Shown here in pieces: positions 49,254-57,906 of a stretch of 64,000 nt of DNA. The notes beneath the pieces are model-generated. The model made no database searches. It saw only the letters and a list, made by a program, of their open reading frames with translations, and was not told where the DNA came from. Each line of letters opens with the position of its first letter. Positions within the stretch are counted from its first letter, which is position 1. The position numbers were made by a program, and so were the translations under genes. The stretch is taken from positions 5,538 to 69,537 of the forward strand of contig CAYXVF010000016.1 of assembly GCA_964468125.1 (NCBI GenBank), written 5' to 3'. The stretch comes from an uncultured Bdellovibrionales bacterium. Its GTDB lineage: Bacteria; Myxococcota; XYA12-FULL-58-9; CAYXVF01.

Positions 49254-50675
49254 ATGAAAGGGGGAGCTATGCAGCATCCGAAGGAGCGCGTGGTCGCGAT
49301 TGTGGGCGGCGGATTGTCCGGACTCGCGATTGCGGAGGCCATTCAGCACCGTTCCCAGGGCGAGGCGGTGCGGCCGATCGTCCTCGAGGCGGAATCCGCG
49401 CCCGGCGGCAAGGTCCGCTCCGAGCGTCAGGGGGGCTTCGTGGTGGAAACCGGTCCCCACGGGTTTCTCGGCCGGGAGGTCAAAGTGTTCGAGCTGATCG
49501 AGCGCTTGGGACTCAACGGCGAAATGGTCCGCGCGGACCCGGCGAGTGCGAAACGCTTCCTCGTGAGTCGCGGCAAGCTGCGCGAGGTCAAGATGTCGCC
49601 CTTCGGCTTCATGACGAGTGGGTTGCTGTCTCCCTGGGGACGTCTCCGGGTCGTGATGGAAGCCTTCGTGAAGGCGGACTCGAAGGCGCACGAGAGCGTC
49701 GCAGACTTCGCGAAGCGGCGGATCGGCAAGGAAGCCGCGAACGTGATGGTCGACGCGATGGTCACGGGGATCTACGGCGGCGACCCGGAGGACCTCGCAC
49801 TCGAAGCGGCGTTCCCGCGCATGGTGGAGCTCGAAGAAAACTACGGCTCGCTCATTCGCGCGCAATTCGCTCTCGCCAAAGAGCGGCGCGGCGAGACCGA
49901 GGACGAGAAGGAGAGGCGGCAAAACCTGCACAGCTTCCGCAATGGTCTTCAGACCTTGGTCGATGGACTCGTCGGTGCGGTCCCGGACGTTCGGACTTCC
50001 GCGTCGGTGGATCGCATCGTGCCCACTCGCGACGGGTTCGAGCTGATGGGCAGCTTCGGCAACCTGCGCGCGGACTCGGTCGTGTCCTGTGTGCCCGCGA
50101 GCGCGCTCGGAAAGATGCTCGAGGGAGCGGGTCCCCAAGCCCTCGTCCAGCGGGCAACCGACCACCGCTTTGCGCCGGTGAACGTCGTGGTTCTCGGTTT
50201 CAACGCCAAGGACATTCGTCGGAAACTCAATGGCTTTGGTTACTTGGCGCCGCATTCGGAGGGCCGGGACCTGCTCGGATGCGTGTGGGGTGACTCCGTG
50301 TTCCCGCAACATGCGCCGGAGGGACAGGTGCTGTTGCGCTGCATGATGGGAGGCATGCGCAACGCCGGTCTCACCACCTTGGACGACGGGGAGCTGGTCG
50401 ATCGCTGCCGCACGGAGCTGGTGCAAATGATCGGTCTCGACCCGGAGGCGCTGCCGACGATGCAAGCGATCTTCCGCTGGCCCGAAGGGATCCCGCAGTA
50501 CGACGCGGAGCACTCGGCACGTCTGATGGCCGCGCGCGAGCTCGAGCACGGGCTTCCGGGGTTGGTGATCGCCGGGAATTCCTACACCGGAGTCGCGATG
50601 ATCGAGTGTATCGCGAATGCGGAAAAGGCCGCGGAACAGGCGCTCCGGGACATCGCGACCGCCGCTGCGGCGTGA
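49254..50675 (+). CDS. Protoporphyrinogen/coproporphyrinogen oxidase (HemY/CgoX family, FAD-dependent)
   Basis: 473 aa. VAIVGGGLSGLAIA dinucleotide motif. Amine-oxidase-type fold. Start is ATG 49254 or 49269. Confidence 0.75.
   Translation: MKGGAMQHPKERVVAIVGGGLSGLAIAEAIQHRSQGEAVRPIVLEAESAPGGKVRSERQGGFVVETGPHGFLGREVKVFELIERLGLNGEMVRADPASAKRFLVSRGKLREVKMSPFGFMTSGLLSPWGRLRVVMEAFVKADSKAHESVADFAKRRIGKEAANVMVDAMVTGIYGGDPEDLALEAAFPRMVELEENYGSLIRAQFALAKERRGETEDEKERRQNLHSFRNGLQTLVDGLVGAVPDVRTSASVDRIVPTRDGFELMGSFGNLRADSVVSCVPASALGKMLEGAGPQALVQRATDHRFAPVNVVVLGFNAKDIRRKLNGFGYLAPHSEGRDLLGCVWGDSVFPQHAPEGQVLLRCMMGGMRNAGLTTLDDGELVDRCRTELVQMIGLDPEALPTMQAIFRWPEGIPQYDAEHSARLMAARELEHGLPGLVIAGNSYTGVAMIECIANAEKAAEQALRDIATAAAA
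49256..49283. repeat. 28-bp direct repeat, copy B (gaaagggggagctatgcAgcatccgaag)
   Basis: Contains the functional ribosome-binding site and start region of the protoporphyrinogen oxidase-like gene. Confidence 0.85.
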
Positions 50676-50719
50676 GCCACGGGTCGCGCGGGACGAGCTG
50701 ATTCGCTAAACCATCCGTC

Positions 50720-51364
50720 ATGGTTGAGGCAGCGGTCGAGGTCGAGCTCGCATCCGAGAAGGTCCTGTTGTTGCCGGGGCGCGCGATGTTCTGGCCGAAA
50801 CGGCGGGTTCTGTTCGTTGCGGACCTGCACTGGGGCAAACGCGAGGCGTTCGTCGTGGAGGGCGTCCCTCTTCCGGATGGGGTACTACGCGACGACCTGT
50901 CTCGGCTCGAGAACCTGATTCAGGCGCATTCGGTCGAGCGGGTCGTCGTTCTAGGCGATCTGATTCACAACCGCGCGGGAATCACGGAGGCGGTGGTGGA
51001 GCAGGTCGCCGCGTTTCGCGCCCGGGGACCGGAGATGTGGCTCATCCGCGGCAACCACGACCGCCACCTGCCGCGTCTGCCTGCGTGCTGGCGGATCGAG
51101 GAGCACCTCGATCGATGCGAACCGCCGTTCGTCTACACCCATGTGCCACGCGACGATCCGGGCGGCTACGTACTCGCCGGCCACGTGCACCCGGCCTTGC
51201 GGCTACGCACCCGCGGGGACGGCCTGCGCGTTCCCTGTTTTCACATCGGGCCGAGCTTCGCGGTGCTTCCCGCGTTCAGCGCCTTCACCGGCGGCGCGGT
51301 GGTCACGCCCAAGCCCGGCGAACGCGCCTTCGCGATCGCGGGCGATCGGGTGATCGAGGTCTAG
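50720..51364 (+). CDS. pdeM: Ligase-associated DNA damage response endonuclease PdeM (metallophosphoesterase)
   Basis: 214 aa. FVADLHWGK, VVVLGDLIH, GNHD, GHVHPA motifs. Confidence 0.75.
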   Translation: MVEAAVEVELASEKVLLLPGRAMFWPKRRVLFVADLHWGKREAFVVEGVPLPDGVLRDDLSRLENLIQAHSVERVVVLGDLIHNRAGITEAVVEQVAAFRARGPEMWLIRGNHDRHLPRLPACWRIEEHLDRCEPPFVYTHVPRDDPGGYVLAGHVHPALRLRTRGDGLRVPCFHIGPSFAVLPAFSAFTGGAVVTPKPGERAFAIAGDRVIEV

Positions 51365-51377
51365 GCTGCGGTCGCGC

Positions 51378-51896
51378 TCAATTCGCCGGTCCCTGATCCG
51401 CGGTGGGGCCCGCGCGGTCGTCGGACTGCACCTCGTCGCGGACGACTTCGTAGGCTTTGAACGTGTCAAACCAAGAGTAGACCACTCCGAGGAAATCGAG
51501 GGACATTCCCAATAGAAAGAACAGCACCAGATAGGGCTGCAGGTCGACGTGCGGAACGGTGAAGCCCAAGCCGAGCAGGAGCGACACCCCGACGAAGATT
51601 CCGATCGCCGAGAAGTAACAGACATTGGCGTTGCGGACGAAGCGGGCGCGTTCGGTGAGGCGAGCGAGCTGCCGGTGGATGCTGTCGACTCGCATTCGGT
51701 CGAGTGGGATGAAATCCGTCTCCGACGAGCGGTGCTGCAAGCGCCTGCGCTCCTCAGTCAGATTTCGAATGCGATTGAGGATCACCGAGTACTTGTTGCT
51801 GACCGTCAGTAACAGCAAGCCGGTCGCGTTGATCATCACCGCCGGAGCGAGGATCAGCTGGATCACCCGGGTGACCGACAGGTCGGTCTGAGCCAT
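51378..51896 (-). CDS. Membrane protein (DUF2721-like)
   Basis: 172 aa. Two hydrophobic helices flanking a charged coiled segment. Slightly lower GC than neighbours. Confidence 0.45.
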   Translation of the reverse strand: MAQTDLSVTRVIQLILAPAVMINATGLLLLTVSNKYSVILNRIRNLTEERRRLQHRSSETDFIPLDRMRVDSIHRQLARLTERARFVRNANVCYFSAIGIFVGVSLLLGLGFTVPHVDLQPYLVLFFLLGMSLDFLGVVYSWFDTFKAYEVVRDEVQSDDRAGPTADQGPAN

Positions 51897-52031
51897 CGGC
51901 TAACTCCACCCGCGTCACTACCGGGCCGGTGACGGGGGCCCGAGGTGCGCTTGGAAGTCGGCTTCTAGCAGGACAGTGCGACGACCGCAGCCCCCCGAGT
52001 TGGCGGGCGAATCCGGGACCGGCCACCGCGC

Positions 52032-52340
52032 TCAGCGGCTGCGTCCGTTGTGCTTCTTGCGGGCGATGTTGCGGGAGGCGCGGTCCTGTTTGCGCTCGAT
52101 CTTCGCTCGCTCGGCCCGGGTGACCTTCCCGTCGGCCCGGGCACGCCGTTTGGTCCGCTGAATGTGGCGTTGTTGGCGCGCGATCTTGCGCGTCTCGTGC
52201 CGGGTGAGCTCGCCGGAGCGAACGCCCTCGGCCGTCCGGGCCGCCTGTTTGCCCTGCCGCCGGTCCGCGCGCGCGGCTTCCGCGCTCCCCACCGTCGCCA
52301 GAACCATTGCCATTGCCAGTGTGACAGCCCACGCCTTCAT
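52032..52340 (-). CDS. Small secreted, highly basic Arg/Lys-rich protein
   Basis: GAGGAGG ribosome-binding site 6 nt before ATG 52340. Signal peptide MKAWAVTLAMAMVLATVGSAEA|A. Mature part is about 40% Arg/Lys with repeated R-x-x-x-R spacing. Confidence 0.45.
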   Translation of the reverse strand: MKAWAVTLAMAMVLATVGSAEAARADRRQGKQAARTAEGVRSGELTRHETRKIARQQRHIQRTKRRARADGKVTRAERAKIERKQDRASRNIARKKHNGRSR

Positions 52341-52474
52341 CTCGAGCCTCCTCGTTCCCACCGGCGGTGATCGCCGGGTTCGAGCAAGCAAACCGTCCAA
52401 GTGGAGAAAAGTTGCGAAATGTTGCGGCAACTCTTCGCTCTTTGAAAGCCGGGCCCAATGCTTAAGTTGCTCGC

Positions 52475-53173
52475 ATGTCGGGACCTGCGATCGAGTTTCG
52501 AGACGTTCACAAACGCTACCCGGGAGCGACCCGCGATGCCCTGAAGGGCGTCTCGGTGCGCATCGAGTCCGCTCGTCAGGTGGCGCTCGTGGGCCGAAGC
52601 GGCAGCGGCAAGTCGACGTTTTTGCACCTTGCCGCCGCCATCGATGTTCCCACCTCCGGCCAGGTGTGGATCGACGGGCGCGAGGTCAGCGCGCTCTCCG
52701 AGCGGGAGCGAACCCTGCTGCGCCGCGACCACGTCGGGCTCGTGTTCCAGTTCTTTCACCTCCTTCCGCATCTCTCGGTTCTCGAGAACGTGCTCCTGCC
52801 GGCGATGATCGCCGACGACATCGCCCGCTATAGGGAGCGGGCGATGGAGCTGCTCGACCGCGTGGGGCTCGTCGACCGCGCGAACGACTCGGCCGAGAAG
52901 CTCTCCGGCGGAGAGATGCAGCGCATCGCGATCTGTCGCGGACTCCTCCGTCGCCCCCAGCTCCTGCTGGCGGACGAGCCGACCGGGAACCTCGATGACG
53001 AAACCGGCGCGACGGTGATGGACTTGCTCACCTCGGTCGTGCGTGAGGAGGGGGCGACGCTCCTCTTTGTCACTCACAGCCTCGAGCTCGCTGGCGGCGC
53101 GGATCGAATCCTGGAGATGCACAGCGGCGTCTTGGAGGTCCGCGAGGCTGCGGCCACGGAGGCGGCGTCGTGA
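52475..53173 (+). CDS. ABC transporter ATP-binding protein (MacB/LolD/FtsE type)
   Basis: Walker A GRSGSGKST, signature LSGGEMQRIAI, Walker B LLLADEPTGNLD. Confidence 0.8.
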   Translation: MSGPAIEFRDVHKRYPGATRDALKGVSVRIESARQVALVGRSGSGKSTFLHLAAAIDVPTSGQVWIDGREVSALSERERTLLRRDHVGLVFQFFHLLPHLSVLENVLLPAMIADDIARYRERAMELLDRVGLVDRANDSAEKLSGGEMQRIAICRGLLRRPQLLLADEPTGNLDDETGATVMDLLTSVVREEGATLLFVTHSLELAGGADRILEMHSGVLEVREAAATEAAS

Positions 53174-55716
53174 AGCTGCTCTGGCGCTCGCTTCGCGGGC
53201 TGCTCGCACACCAGCGCATCCTCTACGGCCTGACCGCGGCGGGGGTCGCCTTGGGCGTCGCCGCGGTGGTGAGCATTCAGATCATCAACCAAAACGCGCT
53301 CGCGACGTTCGGCGCCTCGGTCCGGGCGGTGTCGCTCGACGCGGACATCATCGTGCGCACCGCGGAGGTTCCTCTAGACGAGCGGCTTCTCGCCGAGGTC
53401 TTGTCGGACCCGGCGGTGCGCTACGCCCGGCCGGTGCATCGGGTCGAAGTCGCGTACTTCAAAGCAACGGACGAAAAGATCTTCCTGGACGTGCTCGGCG
53501 TCGATCTCTCCGCGCCGGGGCGTCTGCCCTTGAATGGCGCGCCGGACTCCCTCGGCGAAATTCTCGCAGTGCGCGGCTGGACCGCGGTGACCCCAGAGCT
53601 CGCCCGCGACCTGAACCTCACGTCGCCCAGTGTGGGCGCTTCCGAGGGGACCGCCTTCGAGGTGGTGGCCGGGACCGAGGCCGTCTCCCTCGTCACCGGG
53701 GCCACCGTCGACTTTCGCCGGGTGGCCCCCTTGGCCAGCTCGCGGGTGTTGCTGATGGACATCGCGCAGAGTCAGGACCTCTTCGACGAGCGCGGGGTCA
53801 TCGACGACATCAACGTGTTTCTGGTCGAGGGGGCCGAGTTGGACCCGACGGTGGCGCGTTTGCGGGAGGCCCTCGGCGAGCGCGCGGCGGTCACCACGCC
53901 GGGGGAACGAGAAGAGCAGGCCGACGGCCTTCTCAGTGCCTTTCGTTTGAATCTCACGGCGCTGAGCTTGATCAGTCTGCTGGTGGGGCTCTTTCTGGTC
54001 TACACCTCGGTACAGGCTTCGTTGGTCCGACGGCGGCGCGAGCTCGGGGTTTTGCGCTCCATGGGCGCCACCAAGGGCCAGGTGCTCCGCCTGTTGTTGT
54101 CGGAAGCGGCCGCGGTGGGGCTCGTGGGAACCGCGGTCGGGCTTCCGGTCGGCTATCTCGCGGCGACGTTCAACGTCGATGCGGTCAGCGGAACCCTCCG
54201 GGACATCTACCTGCTGGATGAGATCGAGCAGCTCGCGGTGCCGGTGTGGATCTACTTCCTCGCCGCGGCGCTCGGGCTGGGTGGGGCGATGCTCGGATCG
54301 CTTCTTCCGTCGCTGGATGCGGTCGCCCGGGAGCCTCGGGAGCTGCTCGGGCGCGCGCAACTGAGCGAGCGCTCGAGTCGTCTGGCGCCGCGTCTGGCGC
54401 TCATCGGCTTCGTGGTCGCGCTGCTCACTCTCGGCTGGTACGCGCTCTTCGGCCAGGGGATCTCCTACGCGGGGTTTGTGCTCGCCGTCTCGTTGTTGCT
54501 GGTGATCCCGGCGCTCTCTCCTTGGCTCCTGCAAACCGTCGCGTCCTGGTCGCCGGCCTCGCGCCTCGGGGCGAGCTACGCGGTGCGTACCCTTCAGAGC
54601 GGTCGGGCCCAGAGCAGTGGGTTGACCGTGGCGGCACTCGGGATCGCCTTCAGTATGCTGGTTGCGATCACCCTCATGATCGGAAGTTTTCGCGCCACCC
54701 TGGAGGTTTGGATCGACCAGGTCGTCATCGCCGACGTGTTCGTGAGCACCGCCACCTCAGAGCATGGCTCGCGAACCGCCGGCTTCCCGGCGGAGGTCAT
54801 CGAACAGGTTCGGTCGCGCGACGGTGTGCGCTACGCGGACGGAATCCGTCGGCGGGAGGGAACGGCGAACGGCCGCGGCGTTCGGATCGTCGCGGTTGAC
54901 TTGTCGGTGCCCAACGCGGTGGAGCGTTATCCGATCTTCGATGGAGTCGCGGATGCGGACGCTCTCGTCCGCGGTGATGCGGTACTGGTCACGGAACCCT
55001 TCGCGCGCAAGAGCGGCACCTGGAGCGGCGACACGGTCACTCTCGATACTGCGTCGGGAGAAAAGACTCTCAGCGTCAGCGGCGTCTTCTACGATTACAG
55101 CACGGAGCGCGGCGTGGTTTACATGCACCTGGACACCTACGCCGAGCTCTTCGGTGCGGGGCAACCGATCGGACTCGCTCTCTATCTCGAGGACGGGGTC
55201 GACCCGGAGGCGGTGGTACGGGATCTCCAAACCAATCTCGCGGTCCCCGGCCTCTACGCGCGGAGCAACCAAACCCTGCGGACGCGCGTGTTCGAAATCT
55301 TCGAGCAGACTTTCGCCATCACGCGACTGCTGCAGGGCATGAGCCTCGTGATCGCGGCGTTCGGGATCACCCTCACCCTGTTCGTCATCGCCGGCGAGCG
55401 TCGGGCGGAGCTCGCGCTCTACCGTGCGCTCGGAGCCACGCGGCGGCAGGTGTTTCGCCTCTTCGTCGGGAAGGGGGTGGCCCTCGGCGGCTTGGGCACG
55501 GGGATCGGCGTGGTGGGGGGTACACTGTTGGCGGGGATCCTGGTGTTCATCATCAACCGCGAGCTGTTCGGGTGGACGATCCAAGTCTACGTGCCTTGGT
55601 GGGCGCTGGCCGAGCAGATCGTCACCGTCGGGGCGGTGGCTCTCGTCGCCGCGGCCGTACCGGCCCTTCGCGCGAGTGAGACCCCCGCGGGAGAGCTGAC
55701 CCGTGATGCGACGTAG
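53170..55716 (+). CDS. ABC transporter permease with two FtsX-like domains (MacB-type)
   Basis: 848 aa. Two repeats of large periplasmic domain plus 4-TM FtsX module. Start overlaps the ATPase stop. Confidence 0.75.
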   Translation: MKLLWRSLRGLLAHQRILYGLTAAGVALGVAAVVSIQIINQNALATFGASVRAVSLDADIIVRTAEVPLDERLLAEVLSDPAVRYARPVHRVEVAYFKATDEKIFLDVLGVDLSAPGRLPLNGAPDSLGEILAVRGWTAVTPELARDLNLTSPSVGASEGTAFEVVAGTEAVSLVTGATVDFRRVAPLASSRVLLMDIAQSQDLFDERGVIDDINVFLVEGAELDPTVARLREALGERAAVTTPGEREEQADGLLSAFRLNLTALSLISLLVGLFLVYTSVQASLVRRRRELGVLRSMGATKGQVLRLLLSEAAAVGLVGTAVGLPVGYLAATFNVDAVSGTLRDIYLLDEIEQLAVPVWIYFLAAALGLGGAMLGSLLPSLDAVAREPRELLGRAQLSERSSRLAPRLALIGFVVALLTLGWYALFGQGISYAGFVLAVSLLLVIPALSPWLLQTVASWSPASRLGASYAVRTLQSGRAQSSGLTVAALGIAFSMLVAITLMIGSFRATLEVWIDQVVIADVFVSTATSEHGSRTAGFPAEVIEQVRSRDGVRYADGIRRREGTANGRGVRIVAVDLSVPNAVERYPIFDGVADADALVRGDAVLVTEPFARKSGTWSGDTVTLDTASGEKTLSVSGVFYDYSTERGVVYMHLDTYAELFGAGQPIGLALYLEDGVDPEAVVRDLQTNLAVPGLYARSNQTLRTRVFEIFEQTFAITRLLQGMSLVIAAFGITLTLFVIAGERRAELALYRALGATRRQVFRLFVGKGVALGGLGTGIGVVGGTLLAGILVFIINRELFGWTIQVYVPWWALAEQIVTVGAVALVAAAVPALRASETPAGELTRDAT

Positions 55717-56887
55717 CTTCTTCATCGCAATGACCCTCGCGTGCTCGTGCACCTCGGGGAGCACCTCGTTCGAAGATCGGGGACCGGTCAGCGAGGTGCG
55801 CGAGGCCGCACGCCGCCAGGACGAGGACACCACCACCGCCGCATTGCGGGGCTCGTCCGACGAGGGCTGGAAGAAGGCAGAGGCGGGTTACGGATGGAGC
55901 TTCCCGAGCGACCATTGGGGACACGCCGGCTACAAAACCGAGTGGTGGTACTTCACCGGCCACCTCGCTGACGCGAAAACGGACGAGCCCCGATTCGCCT
56001 ATCAGGTGACCTTCTTCAAAGTGGGGTTGGCACCCGAGGCCGCCGACTACGATTCGAATTGGTCGACCGACTCGCTCGTGATGGGCCACGTGGCGGTCAG
56101 CGACCTCGTCACCGAGCAGCACGTCTTCTCCGAGTCGATCCAACGGGTGGCACCGGGGCTCGCGGGGATTGGCACGGAGCCCGAGCCGACGCTGATCTGG
56201 GTGAAGGCCCCCCCCGGCTCGCCCGGACGCTGGAGCCTGGAGTGGACCGGCGACGGCTTTCACATGGCCGCTCGGGACGCTCGAGCGGGGTATGCCCTCG
56301 AGCTCACCGCCGAGCCCGGTAAGCCGTTGATTTTCCAAGGACCCGGCGGTTTGTCGCGCAAGGGCGAGACCGAGGCGCAGGCGAGCCTCTACTACAGCTT
56401 CACTCGACTGGAGACACGGGGAGTCGTGGAGCGTCACGGCGAGCGCGTCGAAGTGCGCGGGCAGAGCTGGATGGACAAGGAGATCGGCTCCAGCATGCTG
56501 TCGGAATCGCAGGTGGGGTGGGATTGGTTCAGTCTGCAATTGGACGACGGAAAAGAGCTGATGCTCTACGTCTTGCGGAATCCCGAGGGTGGGGTGAACC
56601 ACGCGAGCGGAACCCGGGTCTTCCCCGACGCGCGCGTGGAATATTTCGATGAGTCGGGATGGCAACTCGAGGTGCTCGAACGATGGACCTCGCCGCGCGG
56701 GGGGCGCTACCCGGTCGCCTGGCGTTTGCAGGTGGGCGATCGCGACCTCGAGCTCCGCGCCGCCTTTCCGGATCAAGAGAATCGCGGCACGTTGATCGAC
56801 GACCTCGCTTATTGGGAAGGTGCGGTCCTCATCCGCGAAGACGGCGACCCCGCAGGGCGGGGTTTTGTCGAAATGACGGGATACTGA
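55703..56887 (+). CDS. AttH/CrtC-like lipocalin-fold lipoprotein (hydroxyneurosporene synthase family)
   Basis: 394 aa. Lipobox IAMTLAC. WWYFTGHL and WDWFSLQLDDG motifs typical of the CrtC/AttH family. Overlaps the permease stop. Confidence 0.7.
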   Translation: MMRRSFFIAMTLACSCTSGSTSFEDRGPVSEVREAARRQDEDTTTAALRGSSDEGWKKAEAGYGWSFPSDHWGHAGYKTEWWYFTGHLADAKTDEPRFAYQVTFFKVGLAPEAADYDSNWSTDSLVMGHVAVSDLVTEQHVFSESIQRVAPGLAGIGTEPEPTLIWVKAPPGSPGRWSLEWTGDGFHMAARDARAGYALELTAEPGKPLIFQGPGGLSRKGETEAQASLYYSFTRLETRGVVERHGERVEVRGQSWMDKEIGSSMLSESQVGWDWFSLQLDDGKELMLYVLRNPEGGVNHASGTRVFPDARVEYFDESGWQLEVLERWTSPRGGRYPVAWRLQVGDRDLELRAAFPDQENRGTLIDDLAYWEGAVLIREDGDPAGRGFVEMTGY

Positions 56888-56889
56888 TC

Positions 56890-57873
56890 ATGCGATACCT
56901 GACCCTCTCGTTCCTCCTGCTCTCCGGGTGTGCGGCAAGCGAGGCGACGAATTTTCCGCCGAATCTAGAACCCTCGCCCGGGGATCTCGGCGAAGCGCAC
57001 CCCTTGAACGGCCAGATCTACGACAGCGTCGCCGATCGTTTCGTCGAAGAAGACGAAGCGATGGAGCGGGTTCGGGCGGCGCGCTTCCTGCTGCTCGGCG
57101 AAAAGCACGACAATGCAGCCCATCATCGCGGTCAGGCGGCACTGCTCGCCGAACGCGCCCAAGTGGCGCGTCCGGCAGTGGTTTGGGAAATGATCACGGC
57201 CGCTCAGAGCTTCGACGGGCCGGTTTTCACCGGAACTCCGGAACAGCTCGCGGCGCAGCTGGATTGGCCTCACAGCGGTTGGCCTCCCTTTGAGATTTAT
57301 CGCCCGATCGCCGCGGTCGCCATCGACGAAGGCCTGCCGCAGCACCCGGGAAACCTCGGCCGCGAAGGCATGCGCACCGCCTACCAGGAAGGACTCGACG
57401 GTCTCACGGATGAGCGTGCGACGAGCTTGGGTGTACGCCAGACTTTGAGTGGCGATGCACTCGACGCGCTGCGCGAGGATATCGCGCGGGGCCATTGTGG
57501 TTTTGGCGATGACGCCATGCTCGATTCCATGGCTGCCGCCCAACAGACCCGGGACGCGTTCATGGCCAAACAGCTGGTCGAGAGCGACCGCGGGGAGGGA
57601 GCGGTACTCATTGCCGGCGGCGGACACGTACGGCGCGATCGAGCGGTTCCTTTTCATCTCCGTGCTTACGATGGGGTCGAGGACGCTGACATTCTGGTCG
57701 TCACATGGGCGGAGGTTCGCCCCGATCAGACCGATCCTCTGGCGTACGTCGGCGGAGAGATTCCCGCCTTCGATCTGGTTTTCTTTACCCCTCGGATCAG
57801 CAATGAAGACCCTTGCGACCAGTTCGCCGAGCAGGTCGAGCGCATTCGGGCCCAGGAGCGCGAGCGCGAATAG
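56890..57873 (+). CDS. ChaN-family (Tiki/TraB-like) lipoprotein
   Basis: ATG 56890 three nt after the AttH-like stop. Lipobox LLLSGC. LLGEKHDNAAHH motif. Confidence 0.6.
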   Translation: MRYLTLSFLLLSGCAASEATNFPPNLEPSPGDLGEAHPLNGQIYDSVADRFVEEDEAMERVRAARFLLLGEKHDNAAHHRGQAALLAERAQVARPAVVWEMITAAQSFDGPVFTGTPEQLAAQLDWPHSGWPPFEIYRPIAAVAIDEGLPQHPGNLGREGMRTAYQEGLDGLTDERATSLGVRQTLSGDALDALREDIARGHCGFGDDAMLDSMAAAQQTRDAFMAKQLVESDRGEGAVLIAGGGHVRRDRAVPFHLRAYDGVEDADILVVTWAEVRPDQTDPLAYVGGEIPAFDLVFFTPRISNEDPCDQFAEQVERIRAQERERE

Positions 57874-57906
57874 ACGAGCACGCCTTTGAACGGAACGGTG
57901 CAGACC

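Larger units (their letters stand above)
48513..49255. mobile_element. 743-bp inserted two-gene NTase cassette bounded by 28-bp direct repeats
   Basis: The segment lies exactly between repeat copies A and B. Its genes are on the opposite strand to the flanking hemY-like gene, whose ribosome-binding site and first codons are duplicated. No integrase or transposase is present. Confidence 0.4.
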
